From: an uncultured Thermodesulfobacteriota bacterium
GTDB taxonomy: Bacteria > Desulfobacterota > BSN033 > WVXP01
Direction: 5' to 3'
Assembly (NCBI GenBank): GCA_964348185.1
Contig: CAYGBW010000003.1
Span: forward strand, 1 to 62,981
Length of the DNA stretch: 62,981 nucleotides
Shown here in pieces: positions 18,118 through 27,705 of this stretch. Below the pieces are notes generated by a model. It did not search any database, was not told the origin of the DNA, and saw only the letters and a list, made by a program, of their open reading frames with translations. Each line of letters starts with the position of its first letter. The stretch's first letter is position 1. Both the position numbers and the translations under genes were made by a program.

Positions 18118-18265
18118 CTCCTTTCAAGAAACCGATTGGACATAGACGCCCCAGGATTAAGAAATGAAGGGGATGGAATGGCGTATCCTGTGCCTTTCCA
18201 TCCCCCCATTCAACCATCTCCCCTTGATTAAGTCAGTCGGTGCTCGTCCTCCAAGCGCTTCAAGG

Positions 18266-19498
18266 CTAAGGCGAAACAAATTCTCCGGTTTTCATGATCG
18301 GTGGCCAGAGGATTGTAGACTCCTCAATGGGCTGGTCGACTTGGGTATATTGGACAATCTGTAAGGGGGATGTATGGTTATGCCATTTGGCGCCTGGCAG
18401 GCGCTCAAAGTCGATAACATCACCCTTTGCCCAAAACACAAAAACCCAGTCTTCCAGGGATTTGATCAGATCCTTTGGGGCATCGGACTGAGCTAAATTG
18501 ATGGCCTGAGCCAGGAGCACGATCTGTCCAAAACCGTTGTAGGCCATATAGGTTGGTATCTCGCCATATTCCTTTTCAAACCTGGGTTTTAGCCATTCGC
18601 CCAGCCGCGATAATCCCATTTTGGGATGGTAGTAGTTGATAAACATCATGTATTGACCCATGTTTCTCAGGTTTTTCCAAAACTCGGGTCTTGCGGGCCA
18701 GTCATGGGCACCCATCATGGGAACCTGTGGGAAGAAACCGATATCGTAGGCCTGTTTGGTAATCCGATAGGCTGGGTCGCCAACCCCGATGTTCAATAGG
18801 ATATCCGGCTTCCATGCCTTCAGCTTTAAGAGCTGGGGAGTCAAGTCAGCGACTTTCCTGTCAAAGATCATCCCGTTGATTTCGACGCCCTTTAGTCCAC
18901 GTTCCTCTTTGATTTGTTTGGTTGCCTCATACAGTCCCACCCCGTAGTCAGTATTTTCAGCCAATATGGCTACCCTTTTCCATCCCTGACTCATGATAAA
19001 ATCTGTCCAGGTGGACGCTCTGTCATAATCAATGACGTGGGTCTTGAATGTGCTCCCATAGTGCTTCTCGGTAATGACTGAAGCCGAAGCTCCGGTCGAA
19101 AAGGTTGGGATTCCGTATTCCTCTCCCACATCGACCAGAGCCGTGCACACGGAGCTGTGATACTGTCCCATTACCGCTATCACCTTGTCTTTTGTTGCCA
19201 GCTTTTTGAAAGCGGCAACACCCTTTTCCGGTGTACCTGAATCGTCCTCTATGACGAGTTCGATTGGCCTACCCCCGAGTAGACCTCCCATTTCTTCGTT
19301 GACGAACTTGGCTCCGAACTTTGCCCCTCTGCTTATCAATTGCCCAGCTGCCGGATCACCTGGAGGGGAAAGAGGAGTTATGACCCCTATCTTCACCGGC
19401 TCTTGGGCAGCTGCTCGACTCGTTAGAGGACCATAAGCCCACACCAAAAGGAATACACCTGTCAGCAATATTGCAAAAGAACCCCATTTCGATTTCAT
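18266..19498 (-). CDS. Periplasmic substrate-binding protein of the HAAT (Leu/Ile/Val-type) family
   Basis: 410 aa with a signal peptide (MKSKWGSFAILLTGVFLLVWAYG), then ..PVKIGVITPLSPPGDPAAGQ.., typical of type-I periplasmic binding proteins. Confidence 0.85.
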   Translation of the reverse strand: MKSKWGSFAILLTGVFLLVWAYGPLTSRAAAQEPVKIGVITPLSPPGDPAAGQLISRGAKFGAKFVNEEMGGLLGGRPIELVIEDDSGTPEKGVAAFKKLATKDKVIAVMGQYHSSVCTALVDVGEEYGIPTFSTGASASVITEKHYGSTFKTHVIDYDRASTWTDFIMSQGWKRVAILAENTDYGVGLYEATKQIKEERGLKGVEINGMIFDRKVADLTPQLLKLKAWKPDILLNIGVGDPAYRITKQAYDIGFFPQVPMMGAHDWPARPEFWKNLRNMGQYMMFINYYHPKMGLSRLGEWLKPRFEKEYGEIPTYMAYNGFGQIVLLAQAINLAQSDAPKDLIKSLEDWVFVFWAKGDVIDFERLPGAKWHNHTSPLQIVQYTQVDQPIEESTILWPPIMKTGEFVSP

Positions 19499-19676
19499 GA
19501 CAACCCCCCCTCGTCAATAGATCTTGTTTACTTTCTTAACCTTACGTCCCTACCCTTTCCATTCACTCCCCGAGTTTACCACCCCCCTTCGGTTTGTCTA
19601 GCGCTATGTACCGAAGATATCAAACAAGCCCCAGCACAGACGCGCCGAAGTGACGGCAAATCCAGCCATAATCATC

Positions 19677-20771
19677 TCATCCTTCTCTCAGATACTCTTC
19701 TATCTCTTCCTGACTCATATCTCCCAGTCCCAACTTTTCCAACGTCATTCCGTCCTTCCTATAATCAGTCTGATTCAGAACCGATGCCAGGTGTATGATC
19801 GCATCAATGGTAGGAGTTGGCACACCAAATCGTTTGCCGATGGATGATATCAAGACAAGTCCGTATGGGACGTCCTCACTTATGAACCGGCTCGTTAATT
19901 CCGATGGTGCAGTTGTACCCCGATAAACCAAGTTTGTTGTGACCATCTCGTTTAAATCTCCAACCTCTTCTCTGTACCGCCCTTTGTAATACTCCTCAAA
20001 GAGTTGCTCCGTGGTAGGGAGGTTAATACTTAATGATTTCCCAACTTCCAGCTTCTCTTGATCCACACTCTTTACGACGTTGGTAATTGATTTGGTGTGT
20101 CCCTCCCAATAGAACTTGAACGCTGTATTGGATTCAATTCTTCCCGCATTTAACACCATAGGTCCGGTATGAAGCTGGTGATTAAAATTGCTGAGAGTCG
20201 TTGCTAGTGCGTTTTTTTCCGGTTTATATCCATCATACATTGTCTTTAGAGAATTAACTACCTCCCCCACGTTCTTTGCAGGCATCGTCGAAACCTGCAT
20301 CTCATGCTTGACCCCTGCGATATCTATCTGGGCAGGACCAATGAGTTTGCAAAGATACAAAAGACAAGCCATGCCGGCAATCGTGACTTTCTTCTCCATT
20401 CCTTTTTCTTTCAACCGATTGTAGAACCTAATGGCCCCGATATTGTCCGGACTGAACAGGACTATCTGGCCCTCCTCTAGATAGGGTAGACTCTCATTCA
20501 CCATATGGTCCTGCGCAAACGCCGGAACGGGTATGATTATGACATCCGCTCCCTTTACGACCTCTTCCATGTTGGTTGAGACAATACCTATCTTTGCAAA
20601 GCCGCATCGATCTCCAAATGCCTCTATTCCTCCCTTTGCCTGAATCGGTTCGATATTGTGCTTGAACCGGGGCGCCTCATAAAGCCTCACCTCAAATCCG
20701 TCCATAACCAGATGGGCACAAAAGGCATGCCCTCCGTTTCCCGCTCCTAAAACGGCGACTTTCCTGATCAT
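19677..20771 (-). CDS. NAD(P)-dependent opine (octopine/nopaline) dehydrogenase family protein
   Basis: Start at ATG 20771: MIRKVAVLGAGNGGHAFCAHL. The C-terminal ..VPTPTIDAIIHLASVLNQTDYRKDGMTLEKLGL.. closely resembles the C-terminus of characterised opine dehydrogenases, as I recall them. Confidence 0.8.
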   Translation of the reverse strand: MIRKVAVLGAGNGGHAFCAHLVMDGFEVRLYEAPRFKHNIEPIQAKGGIEAFGDRCGFAKIGIVSTNMEEVVKGADVIIIPVPAFAQDHMVNESLPYLEEGQIVLFSPDNIGAIRFYNRLKEKGMEKKVTIAGMACLLYLCKLIGPAQIDIAGVKHEMQVSTMPAKNVGEVVNSLKTMYDGYKPEKNALATTLSNFNHQLHTGPMVLNAGRIESNTAFKFYWEGHTKSITNVVKSVDQEKLEVGKSLSINLPTTEQLFEEYYKGRYREEVGDLNEMVTTNLVYRGTTAPSELTSRFISEDVPYGLVLISSIGKRFGVPTPTIDAIIHLASVLNQTDYRKDGMTLEKLGLGDMSQEEIEEYLREG

Positions 20772-20835
20772 CTTTCCCCTTTTCGCTCTCACCAGAGCAT
20801 AGTCAATTGCGTTTTCGAGTCTTTTGAACCGCCTC

Positions 20836-20864
20836 TTTATACTACTTTCTTCGGGTCATGTCAA
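20836..20864 (-). promoter_or_regulatory. Putative sigma70 promoter of the opine-dehydrogenase/ABC operon
   Basis: Reverse strand reads TTGACA (20864-20859), 17 nt, TATAAA (20841-20836), about 58 nt before ATG 20771. Confidence 0.5.
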
Positions 20865-21123
20865 TTAATCTCAGAGGCTGGAGTTTCCGGACCTTCTCAG
20901 CCAAATCCCTTTGAGGATTCCTTGAAATTCTTTTGCTACCAAATCTCAGGCGGATCCTGTCAGATGGCGGGACTGGAGCGGGCCCCCGATTTGTCAAAAA
21001 ACTTCCGAGAAAAGGACAAAGGGATTTCGCCCTTGCCCAATCAGACAACACGTTCAACTTCAATTGCTTTCGGGCTTATCCCCGTATTTTCTGAGAAACC
21101 TCCAGATCTTAGACGCCTCTACC

Positions 21124-21153
21124 TTGACACACAAGCGCCTTTATCCTTATACT
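21124..21153 (+). promoter_or_regulatory. Putative sigma70 promoter of the GGDEF gene
   Basis: TTGACA (21124-21129), 18 nt, TATACT (21148-21153), about 65 nt before ATG 21221. Confidence 0.5.
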
Positions 21154-21220
21154 ACCCTTACTCAAAACGGGGTTTTTATCATTATTTATCAGCTTACCGC
21201 GGAGAGCCGGAGACCTAGAA

Positions 21221-22201
21221 ATGAAAAAGGCCTCACACGCGGATCCCGAACTCCATGAGGTGTCCAAACTTCTCCTCGAGCGAAGGCTTCGAGAGCATAC
21301 CGACCTCCTCGAAAAACGGCAAGGAGAGGTCGAGAACGACGTGGCCCAGAATGGCCACTCCCGAGGTCACTTTGCCCGGAAACTTCTGGTGGACGCCTGG
21401 GTTGACGCTCTCCAGGCACACTGTGACCAGGCTCTGACGGACCTCATGGGCTTGCTCAGGACTTTCGACACACTCTCGTCGGCTGAGTGGATCCGACAGA
21501 GGTTCGATGCCCACGTCGATCAAGTCGCCGCAGAACTGATTCGAAGGCTTACGGACAGCAGCTTCGGTGGGGTTTCCTTTACGTCTTCGGAGCGAAACAG
21601 GATCACCAATATGGCCTCCAGCATCAAGGCCCAGGCCAAACAAAACCTGGACAGAGAGGTCACATGGGCTCTCAAGCAGCGTGAAAGCTCCGAGTCTCCT
21701 GAGTTGTCACCGGCCGAACTCGACGACCGGCTGCCGTTGAACCGGTCCCGAGCCTTTGATCGAGATCTCCTGGAGACGGTCAAGGTAGCAAAACGCACCG
21801 AAGAACCGTTGAGCCTGGTAATGATTGACCTTGACCACTTCAAGAGTGTGAACGACCAACACGGTCATCCGGTGGGGGACGAAGTCCTGCTGGCGGTGGC
21901 CGAGCTCGTGATCAAGTGCGTCGGGCGCAAAGGTAGGGCTTACCGTTATGGGGGCGAAGAGTTTGCGCTGCTGCTCCCAAACTACTCGGTGGAGGAGGCC
22001 GTTTGCCTTGCCGAAAGGATCAGAAAGGATATCGAAGGAGCGGTTGTCAGCAGTCAGCACCTGAATGTCACCGCCAGCTTCGGTGTCGCTTGCGTGCCGG
22101 AGAACGCTTCAGATCCGAAAACGGTGCTCGAAAAGGCTGATGCCGCCTTGTACGAAGCAAAGAACCTGGGTCGCAACTGCGTTCGAGTCGGCGGCGACTG
22201 A
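21221..22201 (+). CDS. Diguanylate cyclase (GGDEF domain) with an uncharacterised helical N-terminal domain
   Basis: 326 aa. C-terminal half has LSLVMIDLDHFKSVNDQHGHPVGDEVL ... RYGGEEFALLL (GGEEF active site). No RxxD I-site five residues upstream. Confidence 0.85.
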   Translation: MKKASHADPELHEVSKLLLERRLREHTDLLEKRQGEVENDVAQNGHSRGHFARKLLVDAWVDALQAHCDQALTDLMGLLRTFDTLSSAEWIRQRFDAHVDQVAAELIRRLTDSSFGGVSFTSSERNRITNMASSIKAQAKQNLDREVTWALKQRESSESPELSPAELDDRLPLNRSRAFDRDLLETVKVAKRTEEPLSLVMIDLDHFKSVNDQHGHPVGDEVLLAVAELVIKCVGRKGRAYRYGGEEFALLLPNYSVEEAVCLAERIRKDIEGAVVSSQHLNVTASFGVACVPENASDPKTVLEKADAALYEAKNLGRNCVRVGGD

Positions 22202-22380
22202 ATATCTTGACCCTATCATCGCGGCGCGACAGTTATTCCTTTTTCGATGTTCCAGAGCCCTGAGGAATGAAGCCTCTCTCCTTCGGGGTCAATATGTCTG
22301 AGCCAATACCCCCTCCCCTTCTCTCCGCATGCAGGATTTCATCCTAGAAAAACGTCCCTGATCTAAGAGGAAGAAATTGC

Positions 22381-22410
22381 TTGACAAAGGTTGGTCTTTT
22401 CGAGGATACT
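22381..22410 (+). promoter_or_regulatory. Possible promoter of the GntR-led cluster
   Basis: TTGACA (22381-22386), 18 nt, GATACT (22405-22410). The leader contains the inverted repeat GGTCTT (22393-22398) / AAGACC (22423-22428) and the near-palindrome cttacccgtaag (22414-22425). Confidence 0.35.
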
Positions 22411-22468
22411 GGCCTTACCCGTAAGACCGGTATGGCCAATCAGCTCTACCCCAATCACGAGATCAATC

Positions 22469-23194
22469 ATGGTGTCATTCGAAAGAATCAAGAACTTTGG
22501 CGGGAGAAAAAAAAGCACCCTGGTTGCGCAGAAGATCCTCGAACACATCGAAAGTGGGCTGCTCAATAAGGGGGAGAGGCTCCCACCTGAGCGCACAATC
22601 GCCGAGGAGATGGGAGTAAGCCGTCCAGCAGTTCGCGAAGCTCTCAGCGCGTTACAGATTATGGGAGTGGTGGAAAGTATCACCGGGGACGGCACCTACC
22701 TCAAGCCGGAGGCAAGTAACATCCTCTCTGGTTCGAAGACCATTGCGATGTTGGAGGAAAATGAGAGTCCCTTTGAGGTATTTCGAGCCAGGAGGGCTAT
22801 CGAGTCAGCCATTATTGAGCTGGCCGTCTCTAAAGTTGAGCCCGAAGATTTCGAGAATATGCGCCGCGCCCTTGGAGCCATGAGAACGGCGATTGAGACG
22901 CATGATTTTGAGGCCTACTTCGAGGCCAACAGAGGTTTCCACCTGAGTATTGCGAGGGCAAGCCACAACTCCATCTTGGTAAAAATTCTAGAGCGTTTAT
23001 TTGCCCTTGAGAATCAGCCTCTTTGGAGGGAAGTGGTTCAAAAGCACCTCACCACGTATCAGAATATCAACCACTACTTCTCTCAACACCAAAAGATGTT
23101 GGAAGCGATTGAATCCGGAGATCGGGAAGGAGCACGAGCCCTCGTCTATGACCACTTTGATCGGACAGTGGATGAGGTAAAGCGATATTTGTAG
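22469..23194 (+). CDS. GntR family transcriptional regulator (FadR/FCD subfamily)
   Basis: Start moved to ATG 22469. Winged HTH: LPPERTIAEEMGVSRPAVREALSALQIMGVV. The helical C-terminal domain is FCD-like. Confidence 0.85.
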   Translation: MVSFERIKNFGGRKKSTLVAQKILEHIESGLLNKGERLPPERTIAEEMGVSRPAVREALSALQIMGVVESITGDGTYLKPEASNILSGSKTIAMLEENESPFEVFRARRAIESAIIELAVSKVEPEDFENMRRALGAMRTAIETHDFEAYFEANRGFHLSIARASHNSILVKILERLFALENQPLWREVVQKHLTTYQNINHYFSQHQKMLEAIESGDREGARALVYDHFDRTVDEVKRYL

Positions 23195-23210
23195 GAAAAA
23201 AGCTCACATC

Positions 23211-24275
23211 ATGTTTGCGGTGGGAAACATAAGAAGCAAAGACGATGTCCTGAGGGAATTGTCCGAAAACGTTGACAGACTGATAACGGTGGACCTTCCC
23301 TTCAGGACTGTGGCTGGCAGGCTCTACCGGGATACGCGCACCAAATTTGACAGGCCACTAACCCTGCTGGTGGCAAGGGCACTTCACGAGTCGGTGAGAA
23401 AAAAAGGGGTTATTCTGATTGTAACGGGTTGGCCCGATAGACCGCATATAAACCCTGCTATTGCCGAAACTGACGGCCCCCCGGGGGCAGCGATACTGGG
23501 CATGGCCTTGCACAGGGCGACAGGTGCCGTACCCATCTTTTTGATTGAGAATAATCTGGTTTCGGCCATGGAAAGAGTCTGTTCGGCGGCCGGTTTTCGG
23601 GTCGCCTCCCCGGAGGAGGCCATGGACGCGGCTGAATCGAGGGCACCCATCCATGCGGCCGCGATTCTGGGTTTTCCCACGGATATTCAGGAGGCAGGGG
23701 AGGCGTCAACAGGGTTACTGACCAGATTACCCGTCCAGGCGGTCATTGCGATCGAAAAGGGAGGAATGAATGAAAAGGGGGTCATCCATACGAGTCGTGG
23801 CGACGATACCACCGCCCCCATGGCCAAAGCGGATATCCTCGTGAGAAAAGCCAAGGAGAGACAGATTCTCACCATAGGTATCGGCGACGGAGGTAACGAG
23901 ATCGGCATGGGGGTCATCGGTGAAGAACTCCGCCAGTGGCTCCCCTTCGGCAAACAGTGCAGATGTCGCTGTGGGGGAGGGATTGTACCCACAACAAAAA
24001 CTGATTTCCTGCTCCCTGCTGCCGTGTCGAATTGGGGGGCCTATGGGATCTCGGCGATGCTAGCCGTCGTTGAAGATACAAAGGAAGTCTTCCATTCTGC
24101 AGAAACTGAGCGGAGGGTGCTCCTCTCCTGCATCGACGCGGGGCTCATAGACGGAGGAAGCGGATATGTGAGCGGTGGTGTTGATTCCCTCTCCATGAAC
24201 ATCCATATGAGTATCGTGAATCTCTTGGAGGAATTCGTCGATAAAGGGATCAAGCTGAAACGGGCTTATCCATAG
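23211..24275 (+). CDS. DUF4392-like protein (domain found in D-glutamate cyclase)
   Basis: 354 aa. Motifs TGWPDRP...AETDGPPGA and IGDGGNEIGMG, as I recall them for DUF4392. Function in bacteria is undefined. Confidence 0.55.
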   Translation: MFAVGNIRSKDDVLRELSENVDRLITVDLPFRTVAGRLYRDTRTKFDRPLTLLVARALHESVRKKGVILIVTGWPDRPHINPAIAETDGPPGAAILGMALHRATGAVPIFLIENNLVSAMERVCSAAGFRVASPEEAMDAAESRAPIHAAAILGFPTDIQEAGEASTGLLTRLPVQAVIAIEKGGMNEKGVIHTSRGDDTTAPMAKADILVRKAKERQILTIGIGDGGNEIGMGVIGEELRQWLPFGKQCRCRCGGGIVPTTKTDFLLPAAVSNWGAYGISAMLAVVEDTKEVFHSAETERRVLLSCIDAGLIDGGSGYVSGGVDSLSMNIHMSIVNLLEEFVDKGIKLKRAYP

Positions 24276-24283
24276 GGTAATGG

Positions 24284-25165
24284 ATGGGAGTACTTCATAT
24301 CTTAGGACAGATTGTCATTAACGGGATCCTCCTGGGGGGAGTATATGCAGTGATGGCCGCGGGACTCTCGCTGATCTTTGGGGTCGTGAGAGTCCTTCAG
24401 ATATCCCATACCATGCTGATTGTCTTGGGTTGCTATCTCAGTTATACCATGGCCACACAGCTATCTTTGGATCCCTTTCTATCGATACTGATTACGGCGC
24501 CCCTCCTCTCTCTTCTGGGTTTTGCCATATATCGGTTTATCGTTTCCCCATTGAAGGATGGACCGCCCGTTGCTGTCCTCTTGGCTTTCTTCGGGGTGAT
24601 TCTCATCCTGGAAAATACGGCAGGGATCATCTGGACGACCAACTACAATGCCATCTATTCTATCTATCAGGGAAAGAGTTTTACGACTTACGGATTCAAC
24701 TTTTCACTTCCCAGGACCATGGCCTTTGCCGTAGCAACTGGGGTCATATCCGGTCTTTTGCTCTTTTTGAAGAGGACCGAAACGGGAAGGGCCATTAGAG
24801 CTGTCAGCCAGGATCGGGAAACAGCGCAGGTTCTCGGCGTGGACGTCGACCAGATTTTCATTATCGTCTTCGCTATCTCCACAGCATTGGCGGCGGTTGG
24901 GGGTTCCCTCATGGGGATCATCTACTCTTTTTATCCGGCCTTACATTGGCAGGGGTTGGGGGTGGTCTTTAGTGTCATTGTCCTGGGGGGGCTTGGGCAG
25001 GTGAACGGTGCAATATTGGCGGCGTTAATCATCGGAACGGCCGAGTCACTGTCGTCGTATTATTTGGGGTCACAATGGGGCCCCGTGGTTGCATTTGCAA
25101 TCCTCGTTTTTGCTTTGGTTCAACGGCCACAGGGACTTCTGGGGACCAAAGGGGCCCGTATTTGA
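24284..25165 (+). CDS. livH: HAAT ABC transporter permease, LivH-like (second set)
   Basis: 293-aa membrane protein. Its stop overlaps the next start (TGATG). Confidence 0.85.
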   Translation: MGVLHILGQIVINGILLGGVYAVMAAGLSLIFGVVRVLQISHTMLIVLGCYLSYTMATQLSLDPFLSILITAPLLSLLGFAIYRFIVSPLKDGPPVAVLLAFFGVILILENTAGIIWTTNYNAIYSIYQGKSFTTYGFNFSLPRTMAFAVATGVISGLLLFLKRTETGRAIRAVSQDRETAQVLGVDVDQIFIIVFAISTALAAVGGSLMGIIYSFYPALHWQGLGVVFSVIVLGGLGQVNGAILAALIIGTAESLSSYYLGSQWGPVVAFAILVFALVQRPQGLLGTKGARI

Positions 25166-26166
25166 TGACTCGAGTTACAGATACGTTGAAGTATGGAAAG
25201 CTTATTTGGCTGTTCCTTTTCCTGGGTATGCTTCTTCTCCCCATCTTCGTCCGGGACCGATATATCCTCCACGTCCTGATTATGATCTTCGTCTATATCA
25301 CCTTGGTAGAATCTTGGAATCTCCCCGGGGGGTATGCAGGATATATTTCTTTTGGCCATGTTCTCTTCTTCGGCATCGGCGGGTACAGCACCGCCATGCT
25401 TGTAAACTTCTCAGAGATGCCTGCCATTGTAACCTATTTCCTGGGGGGCATTTTCGGTGCCCTCGTTGCCCTCATTTTTGGATATATATCACTGCGATTG
25501 AAAGGCCCGTACTTCGCCATCGCTACGCTCGCCCTGGCGACCATTGGGAGATACATTTTTCTCAATTTCGATATCTTTGGGGGTGCCGAAGGGCTCCTTC
25601 TCCCCATGAGCCCCTGGACTCCCGAATTCGAGAAGATTCCGTACTACTATGGCACCTTATCCATCACCGCCCTCACCGTTCTTACCGTATATGGGATTGC
25701 AAGAACGAGACTGGGAATCGGACTCATGGCTATCCGGGAAAATGAAGAAAAGGCGGAAGGGTTGGGTGTTAATACCACTCGGCACAAGGTTGTCGCTTTT
25801 ATTATCAGTGCATTTTTCCCGGGGATGATGGGAGGGCTCTTTGCATCATATCTGGAGTACGTCAATCCTGATTCATGCTTTAGTATTCTTTACAGTGCGA
25901 ATATCCTCTTGATGGCCATACTGGGGGGATTGGGAACCGTCACTGGACCGATCATTGGCTCTTCTATCGTTGTCATCGTTTCTGAGATTCTCAGTTTTAC
26001 CGTTGGTCATCAAATCCGGCTCGTGCTGTTCGGGTTTATTCTCGTGACACTTGCCATCTTTCTCCCTGGGGGTCTCCTTTCTCTCAGGGAAAGAGGCCAG
26101 GGAATGAAAGCGAAGGGTTTTATGCTCAGAGGGAGGAGTGAAATGGCTGTTCCCTCCTCGGAATAG
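25165..26166 (+). CDS. livM: HAAT ABC transporter permease, LivM-like (second set)
   Basis: Start moved to ATG 25165 (MTRVTDTLKYGKLIWLFLFLG). Polytopic membrane protein. Confidence 0.85.
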   Translation: MTRVTDTLKYGKLIWLFLFLGMLLLPIFVRDRYILHVLIMIFVYITLVESWNLPGGYAGYISFGHVLFFGIGGYSTAMLVNFSEMPAIVTYFLGGIFGALVALIFGYISLRLKGPYFAIATLALATIGRYIFLNFDIFGGAEGLLLPMSPWTPEFEKIPYYYGTLSITALTVLTVYGIARTRLGIGLMAIRENEEKAEGLGVNTTRHKVVAFIISAFFPGMMGGLFASYLEYVNPDSCFSILYSANILLMAILGGLGTVTGPIIGSSIVVIVSEILSFTVGHQIRLVLFGFILVTLAIFLPGGLLSLRERGQGMKAKGFMLRGRSEMAVPSSE

Positions 26167-26189
26167 ATGAGATTTGCCGGATTGGATCG

Positions 26190-26918
26190 ATGAGTTTAGA
26201 GGCAAAGGGTATTGTAAAAGATTTCGGAGGAATCCGTGCCGTTGGGGGGGTGAGTTTTAAGATCCCCACGGGGGCCATAACGGGCCTTATTGGCCCGAAC
26301 GGGTCTGGAAAGACGACTTTTTTTAATCTGGTAACGGGGTTTCTGCCCCTGGATGAAGGAGAGATTTGGTACAAAGGGCGACGCATTGATGGATTCAAAC
26401 CCCATCAGGTCGTGGAACTGGGTATCATCCGCACCTTTCAGATCACACGGGTTTTTCCGAGGCTCACGGTCTTGGAGAATATGTTGGTCCCCACAAGGGA
26501 TAACAGCTTTGTGCACCTCGTCCGCAACCCCAGGAAGGATGAACGCCCGGAGAAGGCCTTGCGACTTTTAGAGTCTATTGGATTGGCGTCCTATATGGAT
26601 GACCCAGCAGCTTCCCTTTCCTATGGACAGAGTAAACTGCTGGAACTGGCACTCTCATTCATGGTACAGGCCGAAATGGTCCTTCTTGACGAACCTTTTT
26701 CCGGGATAAACCCCACGCTCCAAGCCAGGATCAATCGATGGATAAAAGAGGAGAATAACCAGGGCAAAGAATTCATTGTCATTGAACATAACATGGATGT
26801 GATCATGAGCATCTGTCATCACATTGTCGTTATGCATCATGGACAGAAATTGGCTGAAGGAGAACCCCCGGTGATTCAGCAAGACGATAGGGTCCTGGAG
26901 GCCTACCTTGGCGATTGA
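26190..26918 (+). CDS. livG: HAAT ABC transporter ATP-binding protein, LivG-like (second set)
   Basis: Walker A GPNGSGKTT, signature LSYGQ, Walker B VLLDEP. Confidence 0.85.
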   Translation: MSLEAKGIVKDFGGIRAVGGVSFKIPTGAITGLIGPNGSGKTTFFNLVTGFLPLDEGEIWYKGRRIDGFKPHQVVELGIIRTFQITRVFPRLTVLENMLVPTRDNSFVHLVRNPRKDERPEKALRLLESIGLASYMDDPAASLSYGQSKLLELALSFMVQAEMVLLDEPFSGINPTLQARINRWIKEENNQGKEFIVIEHNMDVIMSICHHIVVMHHGQKLAEGEPPVIQQDDRVLEAYLGD

Positions 26919-26919
26919 T

Positions 26920-27657
26920 ATGCTCAGCCTGAGAGACGTAGAAGCTTCCTACCAACGGGGGGTCAAGATCCTCCAGTCTGTTTCCCTGGATCTTTCCCGA
27001 GAGGATATCATATGCCTCATTGGCCCAAATGGTGCCGGAAAGTCAACAGTTCTAAAGGCGATTATGGGCCTCGTCAATGTAGAAAGAGGCTGTATTACCC
27101 TCAACGGGGAGGAGATCACCAATTCCAGGGCAAACCAGACGATGCGGAGAGGGGTGTCCTATGTTCCCCAGGGGAGGACGGTGTTTCCAGAAATGACCGT
27201 GTGGGAGAATCTGCGGATGGGGGGATTTATCCTCAAGGACAAGCACCAAGTGGAACAGCGGATCGAGGAGATCTATCAAATATTCCCCGTTTTGAAACAC
27301 GCTCGCGATCGAAAGGCATATACCCTGAGCGGGGGAGAGCAGCAGATGTTAGAAATGGGCCGTGTCCTTATTCTAGACCCCAAGTATATGCTTATCGATG
27401 AGCCCTCTTTAGGGCTCGCTCCCAAGATTCGAAAGATGATCTTTGAAAAAATAGGGGCAATAAATCGAGAGAAGATGATCGGGATTCTGATGGTGGAGCA
27501 GAACGCAGTTCAGGGCTTGGCAACGGCGGATTTTGGTTACGTCCTGGATATGGGGAGGATTCGATTCCAGGGAAGTGGGGTGGAGTTGTTGGAGGACGAG
27601 AGAATCCGCCGACTCTATCTGGGAGGAGGTGATGCCAACAAAGAGAGACGGCCCTGA
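26920..27657 (+). CDS. livF: HAAT ABC transporter ATP-binding protein, LivF-like (second set)
   Basis: ATG 26920 (the ORF track lists TTG 26908). Walker A GPNGAGKST, LSGGEQQ, MLIDEPS. Confidence 0.85.
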   Translation: MLSLRDVEASYQRGVKILQSVSLDLSREDIICLIGPNGAGKSTVLKAIMGLVNVERGCITLNGEEITNSRANQTMRRGVSYVPQGRTVFPEMTVWENLRMGGFILKDKHQVEQRIEEIYQIFPVLKHARDRKAYTLSGGEQQMLEMGRVLILDPKYMLIDEPSLGLAPKIRKMIFEKIGAINREKMIGILMVEQNAVQGLATADFGYVLDMGRIRFQGSGVELLEDERIRRLYLGGGDANKERRP

Positions 27658-27705
27658 GGATTAGGGCAAGATTCACCTTATTCTGAAGAAAGGAGGGGTA
27701 TAGAA

